This document shows positions 48,678 through 58,523 of a stretch of 64,000 nt of DNA, piece by piece. Location: assembly GCA_965231155.1 (NCBI GenBank), contig OZ246418.1, forward strand, positions 637,710 to 701,709, read 5' to 3'. This DNA is from an uncultured Candidatus Saccharibacteria bacterium (GTDB taxonomy: Bacteria > Patescibacteriota > Minisyncoccia > UBA6257 > 2-01-FULL-56-20). Each line of letters begins with the position of its first letter. Position 1 is the first letter of the stretch. The translations under genes and the position numbers were made by a program. Below the pieces are notes generated by a model. It was not told the DNA's origin, made no database searches, and was given only the letters and a program-made list of their open reading frames with translations.

Positions 48678-49871
48678 ATGCTGCGCCAAGGAAGACGGAT
48701 AACTTTTTTACTTCTACTGCTTCTTGGTTGCACTGTAGCTCTTGGAGCTTCTGCCGAAGTGATTACCTTTGGATTGACTGTCGTGGTTACTCCAGCACCT
48801 CCTACTAGTTTAGGGGCAACGGCTATTTCTGCGAGTCAGATTAATCTTTCTTGGAGTGATAATTCTTCTAATGAGGATGGATTTGCGATTGAAAGAAAAC
48901 TTGGTTCTGGGGGAAGCTATGTTCAAATTGCCACAACGGGCAGTAATATTGCGACATATTCAGATACGGGTCTTTCTGCGGCTACCACTTATTTCTATCG
49001 AGTAAGTTCTTTTAATACTGATGGATCATCTATCTATAGTGATGAGGTGAGTGCGACAACAGCCTCTTCTGGGGTAACTCCAAGCGGGGGTGGGGGAGGT
49101 GGCGGCGCAGGAGGAGGTGGTGCGCCTTCTACCGTTACTGCTGCCTTACTGAGGGGTGTGGCCTATCCTGGAAGTCTGGTTTCCCTCCTTAAGGATGCTC
49201 AGCTCGTAGCCACCACGACAGCGAACGCCAGTGGAGCTTTTCAGTTTAGTTTATCCAATCTTACTGCTGGTATGTATAATTTTGGCGTCTGGGCGCAAGA
49301 TGCACGAGGCAATCGATCTTTGACCATCGGTTTTAATATCGTGATGATTGGTGGTATGACGAATACCGTGAGTGGTATATTTCTTCCGCCAATTATTGCT
49401 ATTGATAAAAGCGAGGTGAAACGGGGTGATATTTTAACAATTTACGGACAGAGTGCTTCGGAGGCTCGGATAAATCTCCTTATTAACTCTTCGAATACTT
49501 TGTATAAAGATGCCAGCGCTGATGCGAATGGCTTGTGGACTTATAAATTTAATACCGAAGAGATTGAGCTGGGGGATCATACTACACGTGCGAAAGCCCT
49601 CAAAGACAATGAGGCAAGTACTTATTCGCAACCACTGCCATTTAAAGTTGGATCAAAGAATGTTGCGATTAAGCCATCAGATAAATGTCCGCTGAAGGGT
49701 GATTTAAATAATGACTGTCGAGTTAACCTAGTCGATTTTTCAATTGCTGCCTACTGGTGGAAGCGTCCGTTAACTGAACGTGCGAGATCGACTGTCGATG
49801 GAAAATTATTTTCCGATGGTGTAATAAATCTTCGAGATTTCAGTGTTATGGCTTATTATTGGACTGGATAG
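48678..49871 (+). CDS. Exported FN3 + Ig-like protein with C-terminal dockerin-like EF-hand pair
   Basis: SQINLSWSDNSSNEDGF.IER FN3; GDLNNDCRVNLVDFS and DGVINLRDFS repeats ending YWTG. Confidence 0.85.
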   Translation: MLRQGRRITFLLLLLLGCTVALGASAEVITFGLTVVVTPAPPTSLGATAISASQINLSWSDNSSNEDGFAIERKLGSGGSYVQIATTGSNIATYSDTGLSAATTYFYRVSSFNTDGSSIYSDEVSATTASSGVTPSGGGGGGGAGGGGAPSTVTAALLRGVAYPGSLVSLLKDAQLVATTTANASGAFQFSLSNLTAGMYNFGVWAQDARGNRSLTIGFNIVMIGGMTNTVSGIFLPPIIAIDKSEVKRGDILTIYGQSASEARINLLINSSNTLYKDASADANGLWTYKFNTEEIELGDHTTRAKALKDNEASTYSQPLPFKVGSKNVAIKPSDKCPLKGDLNNDCRVNLVDFSIAAYWWKRPLTERARSTVDGKLFSDGVINLRDFSVMAYYWTG

Positions 49872-49873
49872 CG

Positions 49874-50833
49874 ATGAATTATTTTTTCATGATGAGAACA
49901 AAAAAAGATAGTTGGGGATATATCGAGGTGGTAGGTTTTTTTTCTGCTCTTATTCTTTTTTCAAATCCCTTAATTACCTCGGCAGCAGAACTACGGTTTA
50001 GCAACTATCCATCCCTAGTGCACTCTGGAGATCGATTTAGTGTCGACGTCCGACTTTCTACTGAGGGAAGTAATGTGAATGCGCTTGGTGGTAAAGTGCT
50101 TGTGAGTTCGAATTTGAAGATTGAAAATATCAAAGATGGGCAGTCCTTAGTTGGAGTTTGGACCGAACGTCCTGAGGCTTTGCCTAATATGTTGGAGAGT
50201 TCTTTCTCGGGGATTATTCCAGGAGGTTATCTCGGGGAGAATGGAGCCATATTTACGCTTGATTTAGAGGCACATGGAACCGGTCCGGCCAAGATTGAAT
50301 TTTCCAATTTGACCGTGTTTGGAAATGATGGAATAGCAACACCAGTTGAGGTAACTTCTGCGCCTCTCGTGTTCACTATCGACCCACGAAACACTTCTTT
50401 GGCTAACCCTAGGATTCCTGATCTTTTTCCGCCAGAGTCATTTGTTCCAGAGATAGCCCGTAACGAAGATATTTTCGATAATAGATATTTTCTGGTTTTC
50501 CAGACAGTTGATAAGCAATCTGGGATAGACCACTATGAAGTTGCTGAGATTTCAACGCTAGGAAAAGCGTCGACTATCTCTTCGGCCTGGCAAAAGACAA
50601 CTAGTCCCTATCTCCTAAAAGATCAGAATCTTCAGAGTGATGTATACGTGAGAGCCGTGGATCGAGCTGGAAATTTTATTGTAATCAAATTACCAGCTCG
50701 CTTCGCCAATGTTTCTCCAAGAAAAGACTTCCTTCTGGTTTGGATAGCGATCTTTGGCTTCGTTCTTCTTCTCATCTTTTCTCTGATGCGGAAGGGTAAG
50801 GAGTTTTTAAATAGTCGAAAAACTATTCAATGA
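49874..50833 (+). CDS. Cohesin-like domain protein with C-terminal TM
   Basis: GDRFSVDVRL....VNAL.G, W.ERP, FSGIIPGGY, V.GNDG; DKQSGIDHYEV; TM plus basic tail. Confidence 0.78.
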   Translation: MNYFFMMRTKKDSWGYIEVVGFFSALILFSNPLITSAAELRFSNYPSLVHSGDRFSVDVRLSTEGSNVNALGGKVLVSSNLKIENIKDGQSLVGVWTERPEALPNMLESSFSGIIPGGYLGENGAIFTLDLEAHGTGPAKIEFSNLTVFGNDGIATPVEVTSAPLVFTIDPRNTSLANPRIPDLFPPESFVPEIARNEDIFDNRYFLVFQTVDKQSGIDHYEVAEISTLGKASTISSAWQKTTSPYLLKDQNLQSDVYVRAVDRAGNFIVIKLPARFANVSPRKDFLLVWIAIFGFVLLLIFSLMRKGKEFLNSRKTIQ

Positions 50834-52341
50834 TATTCATGAACATATCGAAGATCGGAGTATCGCTATTTATTTTGAGTTCGATTTTTCTTTTACCACT
50901 GACTAGCCAAGCAGCCGATATCTCTCTTTCTCCGCAGACTGGTAGTTTTAGTGTTGGGGAGAATTTCCCCGTTCGAATTCTCTTAGATTCTCCTGGGGAG
51001 GCGGCAAATGCAATTTCTGGCCAGATCGTTTTCCCCGTAGATCTCCTTGCGGTAGTGAACTTGTCCAAGGGCCCACTAATAAACTTCTGGGTAGAGCAAC
51101 CAAACTTTTCTAATAATCAGGGTACTATTCGATTCGAAGGAGTCACATTCAATCCTGGGTTTAGTGGCACTAATGGACAGATAGCAACTGTTATTTTCCG
51201 AGGAAAAAGAACTGGCGAAGCAAATATTAGATTTCAGAATGCTACGGTACTTGCGAATGATGGGGAGGGAACTGACATTACCGATGAAAAAAGAGGGGCT
51301 TTCATTACTATCTCCCCTCAGAAAGTTTTTCCTACTTCTTCTACGCTTAAGGTAGTGGCAATTACCTCGCCAACACACCCAGACTCTGCCCATTGGTATA
51401 GCAAGCGGTCGGCTGATTTCTCCCTTAGTTTTGTTTCTGGCACAGAAGCAATTGCCCTTACAGTAGATACTCAGCCGGGGACTATTCCTTCTACCAGCCT
51501 CAAAGAATTAGTATCCTCCTATAAAACTTCTGAACTTTCAGATGGTGAATGGTATCTCCACGCTCGAGCAAGGAGTTCTGGACGATGGGGAGAAAGTAGC
51601 CATTTCCTTTTCCGGATTGATAGTCAGCCTCCTCAGTCCTTCCCCATCAAGCTCGTTAATGGCCTAGAGACAACTGTTAGTCGTCCAGAAATCGTTTTCG
51701 GAACTATTGATACACTTTCTGGTGTCAATCGTTATGAAATCTTAATCGATGATCAATTAGTAACTATTGTAAAAGCTAAGTCGGGAGAGCTATATCATCT
51801 TTTCCAGTTGCCGTATCAATTTTGGGGTGAAAAGAAGGTTCAGGTTTCAGCCATTGATAACGCTGGCAATAGTCAGCACTCAACAGTGGTATTCACGATC
51901 AATCCAAATCCGTGGCTCTACTTCTTCTTGATCCTGCTACTCTTCCTTGTTATTGCTTTCTCTTGGTTGATGATCAAACGTCGAAGAATAGTGCAACCAG
52001 AAGCTCCTAAGCCAGTTGTTTCTCGAGGGATTCCTCCAGAGAAATCAACGAGTCTATTCGAGACATCGTATCGAGTAGAGAAAGATATTTCCGCTCTTGA
52101 ATTAGACTTGAAAAATCTGATTGACCTAAAAAACGAACAAAAAGCTTTTGCCTATCTTAAGAGTGCGCGATCACGACAATTATCTGATGCGGATATCCAT
52201 AAAGAGTTAGTTGAGGTTGGTTGGAGCGAAGAAGAAATTAGAACATTACTCCAGGAAGAACTCATGTTGAGTGCCATCCATAAAAAAGTTCAGGATAATC
52301 TTGGGGAAATCAACGAAGAGAGCCAGGAGGTGGCGAGCTAG
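50830..52341 (+). CDS. Cohesin-like + Ig-like domain protein with TM and cytoplasmic helical tail
   Basis: SPQTGSFSVGENF.V.I, NAISG.I.FP, VLANDGEGT; SPTHPD...WY; SGVNRYEI; TM; L..VGWSEEEI tail. Confidence 0.8.
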   Translation: MIFMNISKIGVSLFILSSIFLLPLTSQAADISLSPQTGSFSVGENFPVRILLDSPGEAANAISGQIVFPVDLLAVVNLSKGPLINFWVEQPNFSNNQGTIRFEGVTFNPGFSGTNGQIATVIFRGKRTGEANIRFQNATVLANDGEGTDITDEKRGAFITISPQKVFPTSSTLKVVAITSPTHPDSAHWYSKRSADFSLSFVSGTEAIALTVDTQPGTIPSTSLKELVSSYKTSELSDGEWYLHARARSSGRWGESSHFLFRIDSQPPQSFPIKLVNGLETTVSRPEIVFGTIDTLSGVNRYEILIDDQLVTIVKAKSGELYHLFQLPYQFWGEKKVQVSAIDNAGNSQHSTVVFTINPNPWLYFFLILLLFLVIAFSWLMIKRRRIVQPEAPKPVVSRGIPPEKSTSLFETSYRVEKDISALELDLKNLIDLKNEQKAFAYLKSARSRQLSDADIHKELVEVGWSEEEIRTLLQEELMLSAIHKKVQDNLGEINEESQEVAS

Positions 52342-53216
52342 AACCTCACGATACTTTTTCCTTCGATCTGGAAACTCTCTAGCTGAAGACAGTTGGCTGC
52401 TACTTTTGCAGAAATCAATTTTATCCTTTTTTTAGCTGGCAGTGTATAACTACTCATTCCAATTGGTTTTTCGAGAAGCGTCCAGGCTATAGGTTCGGTA
52501 GAAAAAGCAAGTATTTTTCTTAGAATAACTATATTCTTTGGATGATCCTTCACGAGAAGGGCATTTCTTAAATCTTCTTCGGTAATAAAGGCGTCTTCGG
52601 TTTTAAATTTTTTAGTAAAACTAGCCAACTGCTCTTCCTGGGGGAGTAGAAGAATAGTCCCTTTTAGGTAGTCGGGAATAATTTTTATGAAAGTTTCTGC
52701 ACCCAATACTGCAAGTTTTTCTTCGAGAGTTTTATAGTTCAGAGTGTCAGCTTCATAATTTCTAAGAAGCGCAAGATTGAGAACTGGACCATGATCAACT
52801 TCGGCATCCATTTTATAAATTGAGACTCCAGTTTCTTTCTCTCCACTTAAGATCACTGATTGGATAGGCGAACTACCTCGGAAAGAGGGGAGGAGGGAGG
52901 GATGAATACCCAACGTTCCAAGCCTGGGCAGTGCGAGGATGGAAGATGGAATAATTTTGGCATAGGCAGCGACGAGAAAAAAATCGGCGGTCGTGAAGAT
53001 CTCTGAAAATTCAAAATCTTTGAGGCGTTCTGGCTGAAAAACTGGAATATTTTTTTCTTCACCAATCACTTTTGTTGATGGTGATGTCATTATCATCTTC
53101 CTCCCAGACTGACGATCGGGACTGGCAACGATTGCTGAAGGTGGCAGTTTCGCCTCGATTAATTTTTGTAAAACAATGGAAGCAAATCGAGGGCTTCCAA
53201 AAAATACATACTTCAT
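52338..53216 (-). CDS. fmt: Methionyl-tRNA formyltransferase
   Basis: FFGSPRFA, VAAYAKII, HPSLLP.FRGSSPIQ, VDHGP; follows def. Confidence 0.95.
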   Translation of the reverse strand: MKYVFFGSPRFASIVLQKLIEAKLPPSAIVASPDRQSGRKMIMTSPSTKVIGEEKNIPVFQPERLKDFEFSEIFTTADFFLVAAYAKIIPSSILALPRLGTLGIHPSLLPSFRGSSPIQSVILSGEKETGVSIYKMDAEVDHGPVLNLALLRNYEADTLNYKTLEEKLAVLGAETFIKIIPDYLKGTILLLPQEEQLASFTKKFKTEDAFITEEDLRNALLVKDHPKNIVILRKILAFSTEPIAWTLLEKPIGMSSYTLPAKKRIKLISAKVAANCLQLESFQIEGKSIVRF

Positions 53217-53232
53217 AGTTTAAAGAATGAAA

Positions 53233-53772
53233 CTAATCTTCTTTTTTCAACTCCCTCTTCTTTAACCGTTCAGAAGCGGGAACGTTCTGGATATTTCTTG
53301 CTTTTTCGATAAAAAGTTTCCCATCAAGATGATCCACTTCGTGCTGAAACACATGGGCCAGTAGTCCCCAAGCCCTAATCTTCACTGTTTTTCCATTCTT
53401 ATCCTGGCCCTTGAGAACTACTTCGAGAGATCGTTTTACTTCACCATATGTCCCAGGAACACTTAAACAACCCTCTTCGAGAAAATCAGTTTCCTCTGAA
53501 TATTTCTCTATGGTGGGGTTGAAAATTGCATAGAACTTCATTTTTCCATCCGGATAAGAAGGTACTTCAGCAACAAAAAGACGGTAAGAAAGTCCTATTT
53601 GATTGGCGCTCAATCCCACGCCATTAGCCTTACGCATCATGTTGCGCATTTTCTGAAGAAGCGGTTTGATATCTTCAGTGGGGAACTTTGATAAGTCGAC
53701 CTCCTTTGTTTTTTTATGGAGGAAGATGTCTTCGGTTGATTGGCTATGGACGAGGATGTGATCGTTTTCCAT
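53233..53772 (-). CDS. def: Peptide deformylase
   Basis: GVGLSANQIG, EGCLS, QHEVDHLDG. Confidence 0.97.
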   Translation of the reverse strand: MENDHILVHSQSTEDIFLHKKTKEVDLSKFPTEDIKPLLQKMRNMMRKANGVGLSANQIGLSYRLFVAEVPSYPDGKMKFYAIFNPTIEKYSEETDFLEEGCLSVPGTYGEVKRSLEVVLKGQDKNGKTVKIRAWGLLAHVFQHEVDHLDGKLFIEKARNIQNVPASERLKKRELKKED

Positions 53773-54022
53773 TGGTCTTTTTCTGAGTGAGGAGGCTCAT
53801 AAAATAGGCTCCCTTACTAATAATATTCTTTCTTTCCTGGACCTCTTTCGCGAGAGCAAGGAGTCTACTGGGATCGTTATTTTTGGCAAGTTTAATGTAG
53901 AGAGCTTTATGTTTCTCGTCTTCTAGGATCTGAGATATCTCGAGGCCCAGAAGCTGATAGGGCTTGTAGACTTTCGATTTTCTGCCACGCTCTCGAAGCG
54001 TTTCCAAAAAATCTTTATCCAT
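53744..54022 (-). CDS. Hypothetical small basic helical protein
   Basis: Overlaps the def start; TACAAT 10 nt before ATG 54022; motif KNI..KGAYFM. Confidence 0.7.
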   Translation of the reverse strand: MDKDFLETLRERGRKSKVYKPYQLLGLEISQILEDEKHKALYIKLAKNNDPSRLLALAKEVQERKNIISKGAYFMSLLTQKKTNGKRSHPRP

Positions 54023-54102
54023 CTTGCCGTTCATTGTACTCGAAAGCGAGATTTTATCAAAATTTGTGTGAATCAACTAATTCTATTAGAATTAACAGCA
54101 TT

Positions 54103-55353
54103 ATGCCTCGTAAAATCGCTTCTTCCTTCGTTATTTTGATGGGTATTATCGTTCTTTTCGGTGGTGGATACTTTTTTGGCTTTGTAGTTGGCCAGGAGAC
54201 TCCAAAGACTATCCTGGTGCAAGGAGTTTCTAACCTCCAGAAAGACGCTCCACCGGCTATTGATTTTTCAGTTTTTTGGCAGGCCTGGGATCTTCTTGGT
54301 CGTGAACATTTAAAACATGCGGAAGCCAACGATCAGAAAAAAGTTTATGGGGCAATTCGTGGTTTAGTACAGTCGGTTGGTGATCCTTACACGCAGTATT
54401 TCACTCCCGCTGACAACACACGATTCAAAGAAGATGTCGGGGGAAGTTTCGGAGGTATCGGTGCAGAACTAGGCATACGGGATCAGGGACTAACGATCAT
54501 TGCACCACTCAAGGATACTCCTGCGAGCCGAGCTGGGCTTAAGGCCGGAGATCTTATTGTAAAAATTAATTCGACTTCAACTGAAAACCTGCAGATTGAT
54601 GAGGCGATTAGTTTTATTCGCGGTCCTCAAAATTCGACTGTTACCTTGTCAGTTTTCCGAAAAAGCTGGGGGAAAACTAAAGACTTTGTCCTAAATCGAG
54701 AGGTGATTAATCTCCCCACCTTAGATTCCGAGGTATTGGATGGCAATATCCTTTATGTGCATCTTTATAGCTTCAATGCCATTGCTAATAGGAAATTAGG
54801 AGAAACTCTACAAGAAACTCTCAGTAAAAAACCAATTGGAGGTATTATTTTTGACTTAAGAGATAATCCTGGAGGGTATTTAGAAGTGGCAGTTAATATG
54901 GCAAATTGGTTCTTGCCTAAGGGGACACTCATTGTCACCGAACAGGGACTAGGGAAGAAGGAAGAGTTTCGAGCTGAGAAAGAACCTCCACTCAGTACTA
55001 TTCCGATAGTTGTGCTGATCAACAAAGGATCAGCTTCAGCTTCTGAGATTCTTGCAGGAGCTTTACAGACTCACAAACGAGCGGTGCTTATTGGAGAACA
55101 AAGTTACGGCAAAGGGACTGTCCAGGAGTTGAAGGCGCTTAAAGATGGATCAGCGATTAAAATGACTATCGCGCACTGGGTTCTTCCTAATGGACAAATT
55201 CTCGAAGGGAATGGACTGAAGCCAGACTATCCAGTAGTTATTCCCGAGGAGATATTGAACTCTTCATCATCTTCGAAGATAGACCCTCAGTTGAATAAAG
55301 CGAAAGAAATTATCAAACCAAAAATTACCACACTTTTTAGAGCTTCTCCTTAA
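54103..55353 (+). CDS. ctpA: C-terminal processing protease, S41A family
   Basis: DPYT, FGGIGAEL PDZ, DLRDNPGG, SASASEI, GKGTVQ. Confidence 0.95.
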   Translation: MPRKIASSFVILMGIIVLFGGGYFFGFVVGQETPKTILVQGVSNLQKDAPPAIDFSVFWQAWDLLGREHLKHAEANDQKKVYGAIRGLVQSVGDPYTQYFTPADNTRFKEDVGGSFGGIGAELGIRDQGLTIIAPLKDTPASRAGLKAGDLIVKINSTSTENLQIDEAISFIRGPQNSTVTLSVFRKSWGKTKDFVLNREVINLPTLDSEVLDGNILYVHLYSFNAIANRKLGETLQETLSKKPIGGIIFDLRDNPGGYLEVAVNMANWFLPKGTLIVTEQGLGKKEEFRAEKEPPLSTIPIVVLINKGSASASEILAGALQTHKRAVLIGEQSYGKGTVQELKALKDGSAIKMTIAHWVLPNGQILEGNGLKPDYPVVIPEEILNSSSSSKIDPQLNKAKEIIKPKITTLFRASP

Positions 55354-55364
55354 TTTTTTAAACT

Positions 55365-55814
55365 ATGAAGGTCATTTTTCTCCAAGATGTTCGGGGTGTC
55401 GGACGTCGTTCTGAAATAAAAGAAGTTTCTCCTGGCTATGCAAGAAACTTCCTTTTTCCAAAGAAACTTGCTGTTCTTGCGACTCCTGAGTTGGTGGTAG
55501 AGTTTGAAAAGAAGAAAGAGTTTGAAAAGAAGAGCGAAGCAGAGTTGTTAGTGCATCTTAAAGAGCTGGCACAGAAATTAAAGGAAAATAAAGTTTCTAT
55601 TCCAGTAAAGACTGATGCCCATGGCCGGATTTTTGGATCCGTTACTAAAGAAGCTATTCTTCAGGATATGAAGGATAGGGGAGTGATTACTGTTGAAAAA
55701 ATTGAGATCATTCTTTCCCGGCCTCTTAAAAAGGTAGGAGAGTATGAAGTCGAAGTTGACCTCAAGAAAGGAATCCGCTCGAAGTTGACCGTTATACTAC
55801 AGAAACAAGTTTAA
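55365..55814 (+). CDS. rplI: 50S ribosomal protein bL9
   Basis: [26 protein letters not shown]. Confidence 0.97.
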   Translation: MKVIFLQDVRGVGRRSEIKEVSPGYARNFLFPKKLAVLATPELVVEFEKKKEFEKKSEAELLVHLKELAQKLKENKVSIPVKTDAHGRIFGSVTKEAILQDMKDRGVITVEKIEIILSRPLKKVGEYEVEVDLKKGIRSKLTVILQKQV

Positions 55815-56064
55815 TCTGACGACGGGTGCCATCAAAATTGGTTTTCTGCTTCGTGGAGAACTTAACACGACCATCCTTCATGGCGTAGAGAGTATCGTCG
55901 CCACCTCGTTTTACATTAGTACCCTCGGAATATTTTGAACCGCGCTGACGAATGATGATCTGCCCCACTTTAATCACCTGACCATCCTGAATCTTGACGC
56001 CTAAACGCTTGGATTCTGAATCTCGTCCTAATTTAGTAGAGCCTAGGGCTTTGGTATGTGCCAT
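55792..56064 (-). CDS. rpmA: 50S ribosomal protein bL27
   Basis: [39 protein letters not shown]. Confidence 0.97.
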   Translation of the reverse strand: MAHTKALGSTKLGRDSESKRLGVKIQDGQVIKVGQIIIRQRGSKYSEGTNVKRGGDDTLYAMKDGRVKFSTKQKTNFDGTRRQIKLVSVV

Positions 56065-56123
56065 TTCTGTTTAATATATAATCTAAATCTTATAGATGAA
56101 TATTCTATGGTATAATCGCATAA

Positions 56124-56270
56124 ATGTCAAAATATCGTCGAGAGATTATCTTCTTTTTGCTAGTATTTCTGACTGTAACCACCAGTTTCGCTATGGGCTA
56201 TATTCTGGGGAGGGGGGATAGCCACACACCTATCATAATACAGCAATTATCGCCTAAAAATGCCCTTTAA
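56124..56270 (+). CDS. Small membrane protein, 48 aa (not in the ORF track)
   Basis: MSKYRREIIFFLLVFLTVTTSFAMGYILGRGDSHTPIIIQQLSPKNAL; TGGTATAAT 7 nt before ATG; fills the intergenic gap. Confidence 0.75.
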   Translation: MSKYRREIIFFLLVFLTVTTSFAMGYILGRGDSHTPIIIQQLSPKNAL

Positions 56271-57031
56271 AAGGCATATCCAGCTCGTTTTAGCCAGGAT
56301 TCATTCTCCCATTCCCAAAGCTTCTTAGCAGCTAAAAAACCGCTAAAATCTGCCTCCCATAGAGGGAATTCCTGTAACTCAACCTCGCCTATGACTGGGC
56401 CCCATTCGTGGAGACCTCCAGGGCAGGAGAAACCTCCATTATATTTAATCTTTTCCCGACCGCCCTTAGTGCGACGAGTGGCTCGACAGCGAGTACAGGG
56501 TTCTATTTGGTCAATTCTCAGAATCCAGCGATTCTGAAGATTGAATTCGTGTTTTAGAGCGTCCATATAGGCAGCAGTTTGTAGATTATAGTCTCGATAG
56601 ATGGCCTGGGAGGTTTTTATGTCGAGTACCCCAAACTGACCGTCGATCAATGCGAGAGCATCAATAGTTCCCGCATAGCGATGATCGTAGTGAATGATTC
56701 TCCGTTCGATATACTCTGGAGCAGTTTGGATATTCTTTTCTTCTAAAAATCGACGGAAGGCATCGATGGCTGGCTTGATCGATATATCAACTTCCGGATC
56801 TTGTCCAAGAAGAATTGCCTGAGATATTTCATGAACTAAGGTTCCTTCCTCAGCGGATTTTTCAGTGACATTTTGAGCGGCCTTAAAGCTGGCGGCTTCT
56901 CCATAGAAACGTAAAAGTGCGGGCTTCGCTTTTATCGAAAGGATTTTAGTTACTCGTGGATACCAGGCGCCATCAATAGCATACCCGCACGTCTCCTTAA
57001 AATCTTCTAAGCTAGAGTAAGTATCAAACAT
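56267..57031 (-). CDS. PD-(D/E)xK exonuclease-like protein
   Basis: PRVTKIL, GTLVH, E......RYAGTID, VLDIKTS, LQTAAY; Cys cluster CTRC...C. Confidence 0.85.
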   Translation of the reverse strand: MFDTYSSLEDFKETCGYAIDGAWYPRVTKILSIKAKPALLRFYGEAASFKAAQNVTEKSAEEGTLVHEISQAILLGQDPEVDISIKPAIDAFRRFLEEKNIQTAPEYIERRIIHYDHRYAGTIDALALIDGQFGVLDIKTSQAIYRDYNLQTAAYMDALKHEFNLQNRWILRIDQIEPCTRCRATRRTKGGREKIKYNGGFSCPGGLHEWGPVIGEVELQEFPLWEADFSGFLAAKKLWEWENESWLKRAGYAF

Positions 57032-57034
57032 ATA

Positions 57035-58432
57035 TTATCGAGAGATCAGAGGGGCGGTAAATTCAACAACACTGCCTGCTCCCATCATAATTACTACTGG
57101 CGGATGATTAATCAATTTTTTCTGGTAGAGGGTGCATATCGTTTCTTTTATTTTTTTCGGATCAGCAAGATATATAATTTCTTTTTTCGGAGACTTCTTC
57201 TTCAGATCCTCGGAAAGTTTTTTTGAAGTAAGTGGATTTTTTTTATCATCCCGACCGGCTACTTCATAGGTGGGAAGGAGGATGAGGGTGTCGGCATCTT
57301 CGAAAGCCCCTACGAACTCTTTATAAAGAGCTTTCAATCTTTTTGCTTGGTGTGTTTGGTAGACGCAAATTATTTTTGATTTTGGAAACTTCTCTCGAAA
57401 AGCCTGCAGAGTAGCTTTTATTTCTGTTGGATGATGCGCATAGTCGTCATACACCTGCATGCTTGCAGATAGCTTTTTATCTCGAAGTTCTCCTCGGTAT
57501 TCCATCCTCCTCCAAGCACCTTGATAGGCACCAAGTCGCTTTAAGACATCCGCTTCTTTCACCTTTAAAACCGCATGCGTCACAAGATAGGCAGCTAAGG
57601 CGTTTGAGAGATTATGAATACCAGAAAGGAAAAGGTGTTTTTTAATTTTGGAAATTGTTTTTTCGTCTTTGAGGCTATACCAGAGGATAGTGAGGGAGTT
57701 TTTTTGAGCAATTCGATCAATCTTAGAGGAGAGGGAGAAAAGATTTTTATCGTCTCGATTGAGAACTAAGCAGCCCCCCGGCTTCGTTCTTCCGATAAAA
57801 GAAAGGAAGTTTTTCTTTACATCATTGAGATCACGGTAGAAATCGAGGTGTTCTCGGTCAATATTAGTAATGACCACAATGTCTGGATGGTAATGAAGAA
57901 AAGCCCCACGCCATTCGTCAGATTCGAGGACTAACCAGTTTGTTTTACCAAGCCGGAAATTTTTCCCACCAAGTTCTCGGAGTTTAGTACCCACAACAAT
58001 GGTCGGATCGATTGATGAATCCTTGAGAACCAGACCAATCAAGGCGGTGGTTGTACTTTTTCCATGACTTCCGGCAATAGAAATCGTTTTATACACCTCA
58101 GTTAGACAACCCAGTGTCTGAGGATAAGACATTGGCCTCAAGTTTCGTTTTCTTGCTTCTTCGAGCTCTGGATATCCTGGAGAACCATCGGTAATCGCAT
58201 TTGAGTAGACGACCATATCTAAGCGAGCCGGAAGATTTGATTTATTATGTCCAATTTTAATCCGTGCACCCTCAGCTTGTAATTCTTTGGTGGTGGCATT
58301 TTCTGAAAGATCTGAACCGCTCACCGTCCATCCTTGAGCTAAAAACCAGCGGGCAAGCGCACTGATGCCAATCCCGCCAATACCGATAAAGTGAATCTTT
58401 TGTGAAGTAGTTTTTCTTTTATCTGCCGTCAT
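57035..58432 (-). CDS. murC: UDP-N-acetylmuramate--L-alanine ligase
   Basis: HFIGIGGIGIS, GSHGKSTTT, ESDE, NIDREHLD, DDYAHHPTE, MGAG; TATAAT 7 nt before ATG 58432. Confidence 0.96.
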   Translation of the reverse strand: MTADKRKTTSQKIHFIGIGGIGISALARWFLAQGWTVSGSDLSENATTKELQAEGARIKIGHNKSNLPARLDMVVYSNAITDGSPGYPELEEARKRNLRPMSYPQTLGCLTEVYKTISIAGSHGKSTTTALIGLVLKDSSIDPTIVVGTKLRELGGKNFRLGKTNWLVLESDEWRGAFLHYHPDIVVITNIDREHLDFYRDLNDVKKNFLSFIGRTKPGGCLVLNRDDKNLFSLSSKIDRIAQKNSLTILWYSLKDEKTISKIKKHLFLSGIHNLSNALAAYLVTHAVLKVKEADVLKRLGAYQGAWRRMEYRGELRDKKLSASMQVYDDYAHHPTEIKATLQAFREKFPKSKIICVYQTHQAKRLKALYKEFVGAFEDADTLILLPTYEVAGRDDKKNPLTSKKLSEDLKKKSPKKEIIYLADPKKIKETICTLYQKKLINHPPVVIMMGAGSVVEFTAPLISR

Positions 58433-58523
58433 ACATTTCATTATATGCGAACTTGTCTTTTTTGAATAAATCTATTATAAAAGTTCGAGCAACTGTACCA
58501 GACACAGAAGGAGGCGAGGGGAT

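Noticed and set aside
22961-52341. Diversity-generating retroelement acting on the adhesins
   Set aside because: No reverse transcriptase and no near-identical template/variable repeat pair with adenine-specific differences was seen.
56267-57031. Cas4/CRISPR locus
   Set aside because: No other cas genes or array, and the Cys pattern is not the Cas4 1+3 arrangement.
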